Origin: Octopus sinensis
Lineage: Eukaryota
Length of the DNA stretch: 64,000 bases
NCBI RefSeq assembly: GCF_006345805.1
Contig: NC_043005.1
Location: forward strand, 81,654,001-81,718,000
Direction: 5' to 3'
The position numbers and the translations under genes were made by a program. Positions 52,643 to 64,000 of the stretch are shown one piece after another. The notes below the pieces were generated by a model, which made no database searches, was not told the DNA's origin, and saw only the letters and a list, made by a program, of their open reading frames with translations. The number at the start of each line of letters is the position of its first letter. The stretch's first letter is position 1.

Positions 52643-53935
52643 AAACTCCTAAATGCAAATCAGCATGGTTTTCGCTGTGGCAGGGACTGTCTAACACAGC
52701 TCTTACACCACATTGAAGATGTACTCAAAGCATTGGGAACAGGTTCGAACTCTGATGTGATATATCTTGACTTCAGTAAAGCGTTCGACAGGGTAGACCA
52801 TAATATCCTACTCTGAAAATTGGCAAATGCTGGAATCCGTGGAAAAGTTCTACACTGGATCAAGTATTTCCTGGCGAATAGAACACAACATGTTGTAGTT
52901 GATGGTGTCCACTCAAGCCCAGCAAAAGCCACCAGCGGTGTCCCCCAGGGGACTGTTTTGGGTCCGCTACTCTTCATAATTTATGTAAACGACCTTTCCA
53001 GTGTCGTACATCACTGCAAAGTGAAAATATTCGCTGATGACACTAAGCTCCAGCAAATCGTCAATGAAGAAGCAGACCGAACTCAACTCCAGTCTGACCT
53101 ATATGCTGTGAGTCAATGGGCAGACAGAAACAAAATGCAACTGAATGAGGGAAAATTTGAGCTGATGCATTTTGGAAGAAATTCCTCACTAAAGCAACCA
53201 TACTCTCTTCCTTCAGGGGAACCGCTCACAGCCTCTAACAATATCAGAGACCTGGGTGTAATTGTTGATGACGATCTCAGTTGGAGCGCACACATCAACA
53301 AGAAGGTCGATACAGCTCGTAGGATGAGTTCCTGGATCTTAAGAACTTTCCGGTCCAGAGAACAAGGTGTCATCATACCACTTTTTTCCTCCTTTGTACG
53401 GCCACACCTTGAATACTGCTGCCCACTATGGTCTCCTCACACAAGACAAAACATCTCCAGAATTGAGTCACCCCAGAGGGCACTCACTAAACGCATTGAA
53501 GGCATGGCTGCTCTCGATTATTGGGATCGCCTTAAAGCCTTGAAACTTTACTGCCTCCGGCGTCGCCGTGAGCGGTACATCATTTGTACGATGTGGAAAA
53601 TATACCGCCAACTTTGCCCAAACGACCTAAACATTAGCTTCAAGGTTCATCCAAGACTTGGATCACGGGCTATACGTCCCCTGCCCAATTCAAGATCACA
53701 ACATACATGTACACTGCAACATAATTTCTTTTCCTCAACAGGCCGTGCCCTATTTAATATCGTCCCGAGAGAGATCAAAGAGGAAAAGGATCCCATCAAG
53801 TTTAAACAGAGTCTGGATAGATTCCTTCAAAGAATACCAGATAAGCCACCCATAATTGGATACAACTCACCCAACAAGAACTCACTACTTGAACAAAACT
53901 GGATACAACTCACCCAACAAGAACTCACTACTTGA
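52643..53935 (+). pseudogene. LINE ORF2 reverse transcriptase fragment
   Basis: Motifs QHGF, DFSKAFD, SGVPQGTVLGPLLF, FADD, RDLGV, RPHLEY, RRRRER; in-frame TGA at 52814-52816; no endonuclease domain present. Confidence 0.92.
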
Positions 53936-54047
53936 ACAAAACTTGACTTAAACAGGATTCGAATAATCCTATCAGGTGGTGCTATTAAGTTAGACATGGC
54001 CTGGACCAATCTTTGGTCGAAACATATCTAAGTTTATCTAAGTTTAT
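52643..54047 (+). mobile_element. 5'-truncated CR1-group LINE
   Basis: RT reading frame from 52643 (NQHGFR, YLDFSKAFD), 3' UTR hairpins, (tatctaagtt)n tail; inserted in (TA)n. Confidence 0.92.
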
Positions 54048-54070
54048 ATATATATATTTGTATATATATA

Positions 54071-54103
<33 letters not shown>

Positions 54104-54389
54104 CTGGTGGGAGCCGTAGGAATTCCACTGAATGAAAAAGATTAAGAGAAGCAATTAATGAAAGAAAAGATGATTTGCATTTATTTTATTTGGAAAATTA
54201 TTTCACTTCCAGTGAAAATAACATATTATTTTAAAATTTCGCTCTTCTAAATACTTTATATTTCTGTTTCTCACGGCCTTTTCAACAAAGTTTTTAACCA
54301 TGCAATTTCCCTCTTCACATGAAAGTACAGCTGGATTATGAAAAAAATTAATTTTTTTACAATCCAGCCGTCCTTGGCACTTTGTCTTC

Positions 54390-54486
54390 AAACCAACGCT
54401 CTGATGAGACTTATATAAGTGGATTGAATTGTTTAGAAATCCAATAATGTATATAAGTCGAAACGAATTGTCGGCTGTTTTGGTTT
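54390..54486 (+). ncRNA. Type I hammerhead ribozyme with long stem II and extended stem I
   Basis: aaaccaa c gct CTGATGA gacttatata...tatataagtc GAAA cgaattg TC ggc tgtt ttggttt; 10-bp stem II, GUC site (cut predicted after 54472). Confidence 0.85.
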
Positions 54487-54910
54487 TTTAATGATTTTTA
54501 TGTTATATCATATTATATTATAATGTAATTTAATTAAACTTCTCTATTTAATTCATTGTTTGTAATTTGCATTATACCCATATTTATGCGGTATTCAACT
54601 GACGTGCTAATGAGATAAAGAAAAGCTAATATTCTGAAAAGTTTCACAGCCTTGAGGTTTTTTATCGCATTCAGATAATTTTTATATATATGCATGCTAA
54701 AATACAACCTATGTTGGACTCCTCCTTCGTATCATCATCGAACCTGGAGCTTAACTATAGTCTGTTCATAGCACTTACTCAGCATTACCTCACACATTTG
54801 GGTCTTCTTGACACCAATACTTCTCATACCCTTGAAATATATATACAATTTATACACACACACACACACTCATATATATATATGTCTGATTATGTGCCTA
54901 TGTGTATATA

Positions 54911-54953
<43 letters not shown>

Positions 54954-54965
54954 CTTACTCATTAG

Positions 54966-55001
<36 letters not shown>

Positions 55002-55094
55002 TTACTCATTATTATTATATATATATATATCTATATATATATATATTATATATATAACTAATGAGTAAGTATTTCACTTATATCTCACGTATTT

Positions 55095-55150
55095 ATCGCT
55101 GAAGAGGGGAAAATTCTTATGAATTAACCCCGAATTGGTACCAATACGGT
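55095..55150 (+). ncRNA. Hammerhead motif lacking one A of GAAA
   Basis: atcg CTGAAGA gggg...cccc GAA ttggtaccaa TA cggt; 10-nt palindromic stem III. Confidence 0.65.
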
Positions 55151-55293
55151 AATAATGAATTTTTTAGCAATTTCTATCGGTTTGTTTCGAGACGCATAAA
55201 TTATAATGATTATTGACAATTTTTGTCTTTTTTTCGGTATATTTGGCATTAGAATTTTTCTTTGCCCTTATTTTGTAAATTATATATATATAT

Positions 55294-55325
<32 letters not shown>

Positions 55326-55350
55326 ATATATACAGATGGAGAGTGGAAAA

Positions 55351-55370
55351 GATAGATAGATAGATAGATC

Positions 55371-55432
<62 letters not shown>
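55351..55432. repeat. (GATA)n tetranucleotide repeat
   Basis: Visible run. Confidence 0.95.
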
Positions 55433-58400
55433 CAAAGAGACACTGCTAAATACACAGTGTGGAAAGAATGTGTATGTATATACATAACTTTAATTGGATT
55501 CGCAGCCTCTCCCACGAAATAATGAAGACAGCTGTCAAAACACTCTCAGTTGTTTTGCTGAGGCCGCCACCTAATAAACAAGTCCTGATTGATGTAGAAC
55601 ATTCCAGACACATTAACTTCATATTTTAATAATAACTACGTATATATCATGTATTGTGTCCTTGTATTTTATATGATTGAAATATGTTATATGAGAAAAT
55701 CTGGTTGACGTTTTTAACAATTCGAGAGAATTCTTTGTTGATTTAGATAACTTGGGACTGTCTTAGTGTTATAGGATGGCGCGCTGGAGTGGAAGGAATA
55801 GTAAAAATAGTAACTAGTGAATGCAAAGAAAAGAGTAACACTTCCCATACTCTGAACTGAATCGACTAAAGAACCGATAAAATATATTTGAATCATTTAA
55901 TTCCTTACAAATATTGAATCTACAGGTGCTGGAAAAATTAGGCATACTTGAACTGAGTAAAATGTTCTTTCCATTCGAATAAGAATTCGACGATTCTATA
56001 CTTTCTTTTGTCTACCTCTTTTGTCCAACTGCATATTTAGATGTCCAGATGTATGCCTACTTTTGTCCATCTCTCTATGACCAATGAGGGCATAATTCTG
56101 CATTTCTTTATAGTATAATATATGTGGTTTTGTATCACTTCGATTCTTATGTATCCTATTTTTCAAAAGAATTCATGAATGTTCACATTGATTTCGTTAT
56201 CTGTAGCACGTCCCTCTATCGATTTTGAAGACATTTCGGATTTGGCTTGAAACTTTTCTGAGATTTACTGAGTGTCAATAAATAATCTATTTTATCTAAA
56301 CGCCTGTCAATTGTTATGGTGTAAGAAGTAACTATTATGTTACATTTAATTAAAAAACATTCCTTTTTCTGTCCGTGTGTTTCAATTCTAAGTTTTCATT
56401 TTCAATAATACTATAGAGAATTAATGTCTAAGATGAAAATTGCCGTACTGTTTTTTTTTTACCAAAACCGCTTTCCTAAGGGTTTAGGGTTCGGTCTTTT
56501 TAGAAGTAATCAAGAATAGCATTACAAAATATCATTCCATCATAAATAAAGCTACAGTTTAAAAAATTTAAGTTGATAATTTTATCAGTTCTTTTGTCCA
56601 TATGGAGACTTTGTCATTTCGTCAGTCGTTGGTTACTTCATCATTTAGTTAAGCATAGTTACAAGTTCTATTTTAATAAGTACAATATATATTTTAATAT
56701 TAACTAGGTTTCATGGACATGCATGCTGACTAATTTACTTCGGGATTTTTTATTTTATTAATTTTATTGATACTATAAGCTTAATCCCATTAGAGCATAT
56801 TACATCTATTTCGTGAAGATTTCATGATTACTAAGTACGTACAGTGGAATTGATGCTGGACGGAGGAAAGGGTCTTAATAACTCAGCCCCTACAACATAG
56901 TCAGAAATTTTCCCCCTTAATGTTATAGCCGCAAGTAATTGAGGAAATATCTTATATTAGTAATAAGGATATTTTATTTAGCTTATTTTATAATTATCGA
57001 TTTAAATATATTAATACTATAGGAAGAGTGCTTTCATGCGCTAATGAATTTATATGGCATACGTCTATGCCGAGAGTAAGAGTTTGTATCCTGATATCTG
57101 CGATTCTTCGTATGATGACCAAGGTAGAGAACTCTCAACAGCTGATGTTTATATGTACTTCAAACCTCATAGACACTTGCTGTCAGCAACCAGTGATTTA
57201 TTTTTGTTTTTGTTATTGTTTCTTGCAGTGCTGATTTCAATTGCTCGCAATGGAAAGATTATCTCTGATACTAAGCTATTTATAGATGTGTGTGCGCGTG
57301 AGTGTGAATATACATGTAAATACACGCATGCGGTTCTGTGTGTTGTGTTAACCATGAGAAAGACTAAAGAGAGCGTCGACATTGTGGATTCTTACTTGCC
57401 AAAAGGTCTACTTATTTTTGTGTTTCTACACAGAGCAAAATTGAGTGAGCTGTTTAGCAGTAAATGTTTTACTAAAAATATGGCAGCGTCATAGTATCTT
57501 TCGGCTGTATGCCAAGTACTTTATTGACTTGGCTCTGTGTAGCAGGGACGTAATTTCCCCATGAAGTGTTACAGCAGTTAGTTGCATATATATATATATA
57601 TATATAAAACATCCTTTATCTTTCGTGTAAACTAAAACAATTTGAAAAAGCAAAAAAGACAGGAGGAAATTAGGTGTGAATATACCGGAAAAGTTGTATG
57701 TTCTGAAATATACAGAGATATATTTCATGTTTGCAGCTTAAGAGTTGATCATTTAAAAAAAATATTCTTGCTAGAGGAACGCAAAAGTAACTATTAGTTG
57801 CATATTCGAATACACCAAGGGAAGATTATTATTATCATGGAGGACAAAAGTATGCTTTTTAAACATTTTGTTGATAACTATATCATTTGAAGTAGTCGCA
57901 GTAACACTTGCGATTATATTAGTAACACATGATAGAGAAATAATGTCTTTTAACCTCAACTAAGATGTATGTATACACACACACATATATACATATATAT
58001 ATATATATATGCGCCGTTAGCTACTTGACTATGTCTTATTGTTGTCATGCACCGATTCTTCATCTGTCAGCTGAATTTCGGTGAAGCTAATGATAGCAGT
58101 GCATGGGGCGATGTTTGCCTCAGGAATATTGCGTTCAATGCTATATTGTGTATTATTTTACAACTTGATATGGGAAGTGCTATTGCTATAGGTTTAAACT
58201 GTAATATAAGGACGCTGTTATGATAAGAGTGCGTTATTTGTAAAACTACAAACTTCATACATCAAGAGATGCACCTCTGGTTGGTACTCGTTATTATAAA
58301 TGAACCACTCAGAGAAATGATATGTAGATCAGTACTCAGGATACAGCGCAATGATTTAGTGTGTAGCTATATAAATTCTTGTCAGCTGTCGGTGCGGAAT

Positions 58401-58832
58401 CAACTACATATAGAAACTACCGTCGTTTAACCGTTAGAGGAAAAGAAACTCACATAATTATTTTAAGGTGCTATGTACTCTTGGGAGGATTTGAGTAACT
58501 TATGCTTCCAACAGAGTGGACTCTAAATAAGGCAACAAGCGGACGATGGTTTAAGAATGGTACACCAAAACGGAAAAAAATTACTGCTCCGTAGACATTC
58601 TCTCTACCAAGTTGTTGAACGATTCGAGGCTAAAATAGACCAAACTTCTAAAATGCAGTTACGAAGTATCTTAAGCATGCATCTACATATATATATATAC
58701 ATACAAGAGTAAACAATAGAGGCAGAGACAGGCAGAAACAAGGAAAATGACACTGGTCTTTGAACACTATACAAATATTCTTTAAAAAAACCTTTTCATT
58801 TAATTTTTCAAAATTTAATTGTCTAATTGTTA

Positions 58833-58868
58833 CAGTTGAAAAAGTCTCAATGACTGAAACCGGTACTG
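58833..58868 (+). ncRNA. Minimal hammerhead ribozyme, U3-A8 core variant
   Basis: cag TTGAAAA agtc tcaat gact GAAA ccgg TA ctg; stems I and II pair fully and stem III is a palindrome. Confidence 0.72.
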
Positions 58869-58917
58869 AAACGTGTTTTATAAAATTAATTTAGCATTTT
58901 GTATCTTGTCTTTTTTC

Positions 58918-58959
<42 letters not shown>

Positions 58960-59589
58960 ATATGTATATATATACATATATATATACATATATATATACA
59001 TATATATATATATATGTATATTTTGTATACGTGGATACATATGTCTCTGAATAAATTGAAACTAAGAATGTGACGTGTCTGCAAACAATGCGTTGGAAAC
59101 ATCATATATCGCTTCCTTAATTTCAATTCTAAAAGCTTCACATAAAGTTTCAACAAAGAGTAAATAATAATATACTTGCACACCTCCAGTATGCTGCACA
59201 TCTCTTACAAAGTCAAATGATAATAGAAATATAAGCATAAACGCTATATAGTCATCAGAATGACAAGATGTAGATTACCTATAGAAATATTGCCGCCACA
59301 TATAAATTACAGAATGTTGAGGAAAGCCAAACGAAATTTATTACTAGGAAAACACAAAAACAGCTTGCATGTTAATCTAACAAGAACGTCAATACCTTAA
59401 TTAGACTTCTGCTTAAATATTGTTTCAGAATTCATTATTGACAAGTATATAAGAACAATAACTCTCGCCTCACGCTCTCAATAAGTTGCTTACGTCTGAG
59501 TTAACTGTAGCTGCAGTATAAAGAGATTCCTGATATTTGAAGCCACATTGAATGAGACCCTACAGATAAGCTAGACTAAGATATTTTTT

Positions 59590-59962
59590 TTACTAGTTTC
59601 AGTCATTTGACTGTGGCCATGTTGGAGCACCGTCTTTAGTCGAGAAAATCGACCCCTGGACTTCTTCTTTGTAAGCCTAATACTTATTCTATCGGTCTGT
59701 TTTGCCGAACCGCTAATGTTACGGGGACGTATACACACCAGCATCAGTGGTCAAGCGATGTTGGGAGGACAAACACAAACACACACACATATACATACAT
59801 ATATACGACGGGCTTCTTTTCAGTTTCCGTCTACCAAATCCACTCACAAGGTTTTAGTGGGCTATAGTAGAAGACACTTCCCAAGTTGCCACGCAGTTGG
59901 ACTGAACCCGGAACCATGTGGTTGGTAAGCAAGCTACTTGCCACATAGCCTCTCCTACGCCT
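59590..59962 (-). mobile_element. SINE family A
   Basis: Full reverse-complement copy. Confidence 0.9.
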
Positions 59963-59976
59963 ACAAAAATGATTTA

Positions 59977-60014
59977 CGCCTTGGGAGGGACTCGAACCCG
60001 CGGCACTCAGATTA
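59977..60014 (-). pseudogene. 3' half of a tRNA (Lys-like) gene
   Basis: Minus strand taatctgagtgccgcgggttcgagtccctcccaaggcg has a T-arm/B-box and a T5 run 8 nt downstream; no matching 5' half upstream. Confidence 0.5.
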
Positions 60015-61084
60015 CTTCTAAGGTATGTCTAAGGTATAGTTACGTACTTGCCGTGGACGTGGTTTAAATGAAACGATGTTTCTGTTCGTGACACCAAATC
60101 GTTCTATCGAAATCTATTTCCAATAGGTTACTCAGCTAAAAATATTCTCTAAATAACGACAAAAAACTATGTGAAAACATTCCAATAAAAAACACTTTCT
60201 ACTGTCTCGTCACATCATTCTTTTTTTTCTGTGTGTGTGTCTGGCTATTGCATTGCATTGCTTTTTGATGTGACTATTTTTGATATTCTATCCACATTAG
60301 TGGACTAAATTGTTCAGTTATATTTCCGACACACTCCTATATTTTTATTAACGACATGGTAGCTAGCTACCACGACTAGCCAAAGCCACAACTACACACA
60401 GGCTTTGCAGGTGATATGGTTTTTCACCATTCAATAATGTTACACACATATACGTCGTCTATACATCACTTGAACATCTCAGTTTTTGACTGCACTTCAT
60501 TCACAAAGACTTCAAAACATCTGCAACATGAACGTGATAACCGAGTCTCAATAATGAACACAAACATAACAGTCACATAACAAGTGAACACGTATAGTGA
60601 ATGTATTTAATAACTATAAGGTTGTATGTTTGCAGTGAAAATCACACATACACACACATCTCTAAACATTATTAAAATTGTCATTACTTGTGGTATTGCA
60701 TAGTTGATTTAGCTAAAACTTTTAATCCTGATGTCAGCTTTAACTGTCAGATGATAACAATAATATGTTATTGAAAAGCTAGAGACTTGCTTTAAAGCAG
60801 AACGAAAGAACATATCAGGATTCTGTGTGTATTCACTGAATTGAATCTCAATTAAGGTAAGATATTCCTCGCGATATTTGAGAAAGGTATTCTGCTAATT
60901 GGAGAACCATATCTCACAAAAACAAACTGAAAAAGACTGCTTTCTTACTCCTCATTCTCTTCTACAGTTGTAAAATTTTTGGTTTCTCATAACGGGGAAG
61001 CTATCACATAATCCCATCCAACGATATGTTAACATCCTAGTAATATTGCTGTGTGTAACATCTTCGACAATTTTCTAAATTTTT

Positions 61085-61521
61085 CAGGTTTGGTTATGTG
61101 CTTAAAGAGCTCAGTTTAAAATTAGTTTTGATTTCCGTTCGACTGCGCGGCACATTTGACATATGACTTCTGCTACTGCCTATAACCACCAGCAGGTCAA
61201 TGTCATGTTTGTAGAGAGAAACTGTATTGAAGCCCATCGTATGCGTCTGGGTATACGTGTGCGCGTATGTTTTAGTGTGTGTGTGTATGTGTGTGTGTTA
61301 CTGTGCTTGTGTTGGTCACCTTTGGTTTATCACCGCCATTGTGTTACAATTGGTGTTGGTTTTCTTACGTTTCCGTAATTTAGGAGTTCGGCAAAAAAAA
61401 AAAGATAAACTTAAACAAAAAATGTACAATGATCGATTTGTACGAGTAAGCCTTTGAAGACGGTGCTACAACATGGCCGCTACCCAATGACTGAAGCAAG
61501 TAAAAGATAAATAATAAAAGA
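61085..61521 (+). mobile_element. SINE family A, highly diverged
   Basis: gactgcgcggcacattt, (TG)n, gttcggcaaaa, catggccgctacccaatgactgaagcaagtaaaaga. Confidence 0.7.
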
Positions 61522-62601
61522 TACAATCTTCGGAAATATATTCCACTATTTCTATGGTAATACATCAACTGCAGCAAATTATTAAGGATCAGATGATCGT
61601 CAAATATTACAATAAAACAGTTTTTTTTTATTACATTCTACGTTTATACATTCGAGTCGCACAAAGAAAAAGAAATACAAAGACGCACATATTGTGAGTG
61701 AGAAGATAGATTTAAGTGGTAAACTTCCACCCATATCCCAATGGGTAATCGTGAGATGTTTCGAATGATAGAAATCAATCAATCGATTGTGTGTGCCTGC
61801 CTTATATTATAGTACCGGTATACTTCCATGCGGATTTTATTTACGAAAATACTAATAAGTGAGCTTAGCAAATTTGTATAGACAACGACACTGTTCCGTG
61901 TTCGATAGCAGTGCGAGACCCTATCAGTAATTTTAAGTAAGTCGAACTACGAAAGTAAAAAGTAACTTTACTCAAATATCTATTCACTCTCAGGATACAT
62001 ACACACGCATATATACATACACACAGACAAACACACATACACACATATGGACATATATACATACATACATGTATGCATGTATATATATATATATATATGT
62101 GTATATATATATATATATATATAGATGTAGGTGTTTGTGTGTGTGTGTGAGTATAAGAAAAGAGGTGGTGTGTTTCCACAAAGGATAAAATATAGGTAAA
62201 TTTGTTGAAGAAAATGCACCTAAATTTGAAAATTTTGTAATTGTTTCAAATAAATTTATTTACATATATATAATACTAGTTTTAACAATATTTTTTTGTT
62301 TATCAATGAAAATAATTTAGAATTATGAATTAGAAAATCATCTTTAAAAGTTTCAATTTTGACAAATTTCAATGTTCATAACAGACAAATTTATAATCAT
62401 GAATTAGAAAAGCATGTTCAAAATTTCGATGTTGACAAGTTTGAATATACGTAACCATCAATAATATCAAAACTATATAAATTTATTTGAATGTACAAAG
62501 CTCATTAGTGTTAGCAGTGATCGTCAAGAAATGAATCTCATAAAAATTAATGTCATATTGAGTTAAGAAAAGGGAGAAAGGGAAGTCGTAAAAAAAGGAT
62601 C

Positions 62602-62760
62602 TGGTTTACAATTTCTCTGAACCTTTTTCCGTCGCATGAAGGAAGTTTCACTTATAACGCTGTGTTTTGGAATTGAAAAATGCACCGGATTCCAAGACAC
62701 ACTGTTACAAGTGAAAGTTCTTAGGCACGACGGAAAAAGGATCGTAGAAATTGAAAACCA
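62602..62760. repeat. Fold-back inverted repeat with ~70-bp arms
   Basis: cctttttccgtcg/cgacggaaaaagg, tttcacttataac/gttacaagtgaaa and gtgttttggaat/attccaagacac pair in nested order. Confidence 0.85.
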
Positions 62761-62916
62761 ATTCACCCACATAGCCCACTCGCTTTAAATGGAGCATATA
62801 TTACTGTAAATAATATATGATTATAGATATTGTTAAAAAGGACCTATCTATGTAACTCTTCTCAAAATTTACAGCCTTCGTGCTTGTTTGCAAATTCACA
62901 GACACACACACATATA

Positions 62917-62967
<51 letters not shown>

Positions 62968-62973
<6 letters not shown>

Positions 62974-63105
62974 TGTCCCAAAAGTTCGTGGAAAGTCTTG
63001 GAAAATAATGGTCTTTATTTTGAGGAATAATTTTTGCTGTTTTTAGTTAGTACTTGGCGAGTAAAACTTCAATTTTAGCAAGTCTTTACTAACTTTTGGG
63101 ACAAC

Positions 63106-63109
<4 letters not shown>
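62968..63109. mobile_element. Mariner-type MITE (~140 bp) in (TA)n
   Basis: Perfect 17-bp TIR aggttgtcccaaaagtt / aacttttgggacaacct with TA flanks. Confidence 0.88.
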
Positions 63110-63197
<88 letters not shown>

Positions 63198-63469
63198 CTG
63201 TGCGTGTGTGTATGCTGGTATGTGCCTACATTTATGTTGCTACAAGTGTCGTGTCACATTGTTCTTCGTAATTTTGGTCTTTCATAAAAAGAGATGAAAG
63301 AAGTTATAACGAGATGATACGTACATATAAACGGTAAGCTGTCGTTGTATATTATCATACTTGTCAAGTTAGAAATAATAGGTAAAAGTGTAAAATACTA
63401 TATCTACGCATTTCACATACCCGCACGCCCAACATATTAATACGAATATACGCATATAAATATATTCAC

Positions 63470-63663
63470 ACATATGCATATACATACATATATATACAAA
63501 TATATATATATATACATACATATATACATATATATATATACATACATATATACATATATATATATACATACATATATACACATATATATACATACATATA
63601 TACACATACATATATACACATATATATATACACATATATATATACATACATATATACACATAC

Positions 63664-63698
<35 letters not shown>

Positions 63699-63765
63699 CA
63701 TACATATATATAGATAAGTATATACATACACACACACATACACACATATATATATATATGTATAT
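63470..63765. repeat. (TA)n/(TACA)n microsatellite
   Basis: Visible run. Confidence 0.95.
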
Positions 63766-64000
63766 ACGTGTAGTGGGTTGGGGAGAATATGTGGTTGCCT
63801 TCATGTGTGTAAACGCGCATACTATTTGGTTTGGGAAGTGTTTTTGTAGTTAGATTGAAAGTGCAATACGGCCGCTCTTTCTAATGTTTGCGCCAATTAT
63901 ATGGATACTAGTACTCTGTCTGTTACGCCTTTTATCGATCACTGTTTTTCAAAGGTTGAATTAACCTATATTTATAGATTTACTTTACATTAGTGACGTA

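Noticed and set aside
48062-52697. Long ORFs of up to 405 aa
   Set aside because: Translations of (TA)n/(TACA)n giving YI/HI repeats; stop-free only because of composition.
52820-53935. Intact or domesticated RT gene
   Set aside because: The upstream frame continues through a stop codon, the TTG start is arbitrary, and the element is 5'-truncated with a LINE tail.
57023-57494. Protein-like ORF or candidate exon (MAYVYAESKSLYPD...)
   Set aside because: No recognisable domain, weak acceptor, and the ORF runs into low-complexity sequence; needs RNA-seq.
58071-58191. Candidate exon LNFGEANDSSAWGDVCLRNIAF...
   Set aside because: Acceptor is plausible but the donor is weak and I recognise no homology.

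Overview
AT-rich, repeat-dominated eukaryotic DNA that looks intergenic or intronic. It is most likely cephalopod (Octopus-like), inferred from the SINE families and the extreme microsatellite load. I found no host protein-coding gene; nearly all ORFs in the track are microsatellite translations. The only long real ORF is a 5'-truncated CR1-group LINE reverse transcriptase at 52643-54047. The window also holds many tRNA-derived SINEs of two main families, fragments of restriction-like-endonuclease (R4/Dong-like) LINEs in (TAA)n/(CATA)n tracts, Tc1/mariner-pogo MITEs and a non-autonomous Helitron. The main find is about eight type I minimal hammerhead-ribozyme motifs (CUGANGA-stem II-GAAA-short, often palindromic stem III-UH). 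They sit in short Penelope-like terminal-repeat islands, mostly within (TA)n tracts, and six cluster at 49.5-58.9 kb. They include a U3-A8 covariant core, a 425-bp palindrome with two opposed ribozymes, and an inverted repeat that begins at a predicted cleavage site. Both main SINE families also share their 3' tail hairpins with non-SINE elements in this window. All calls were made by eye and coordinates of degenerate elements are approximate.
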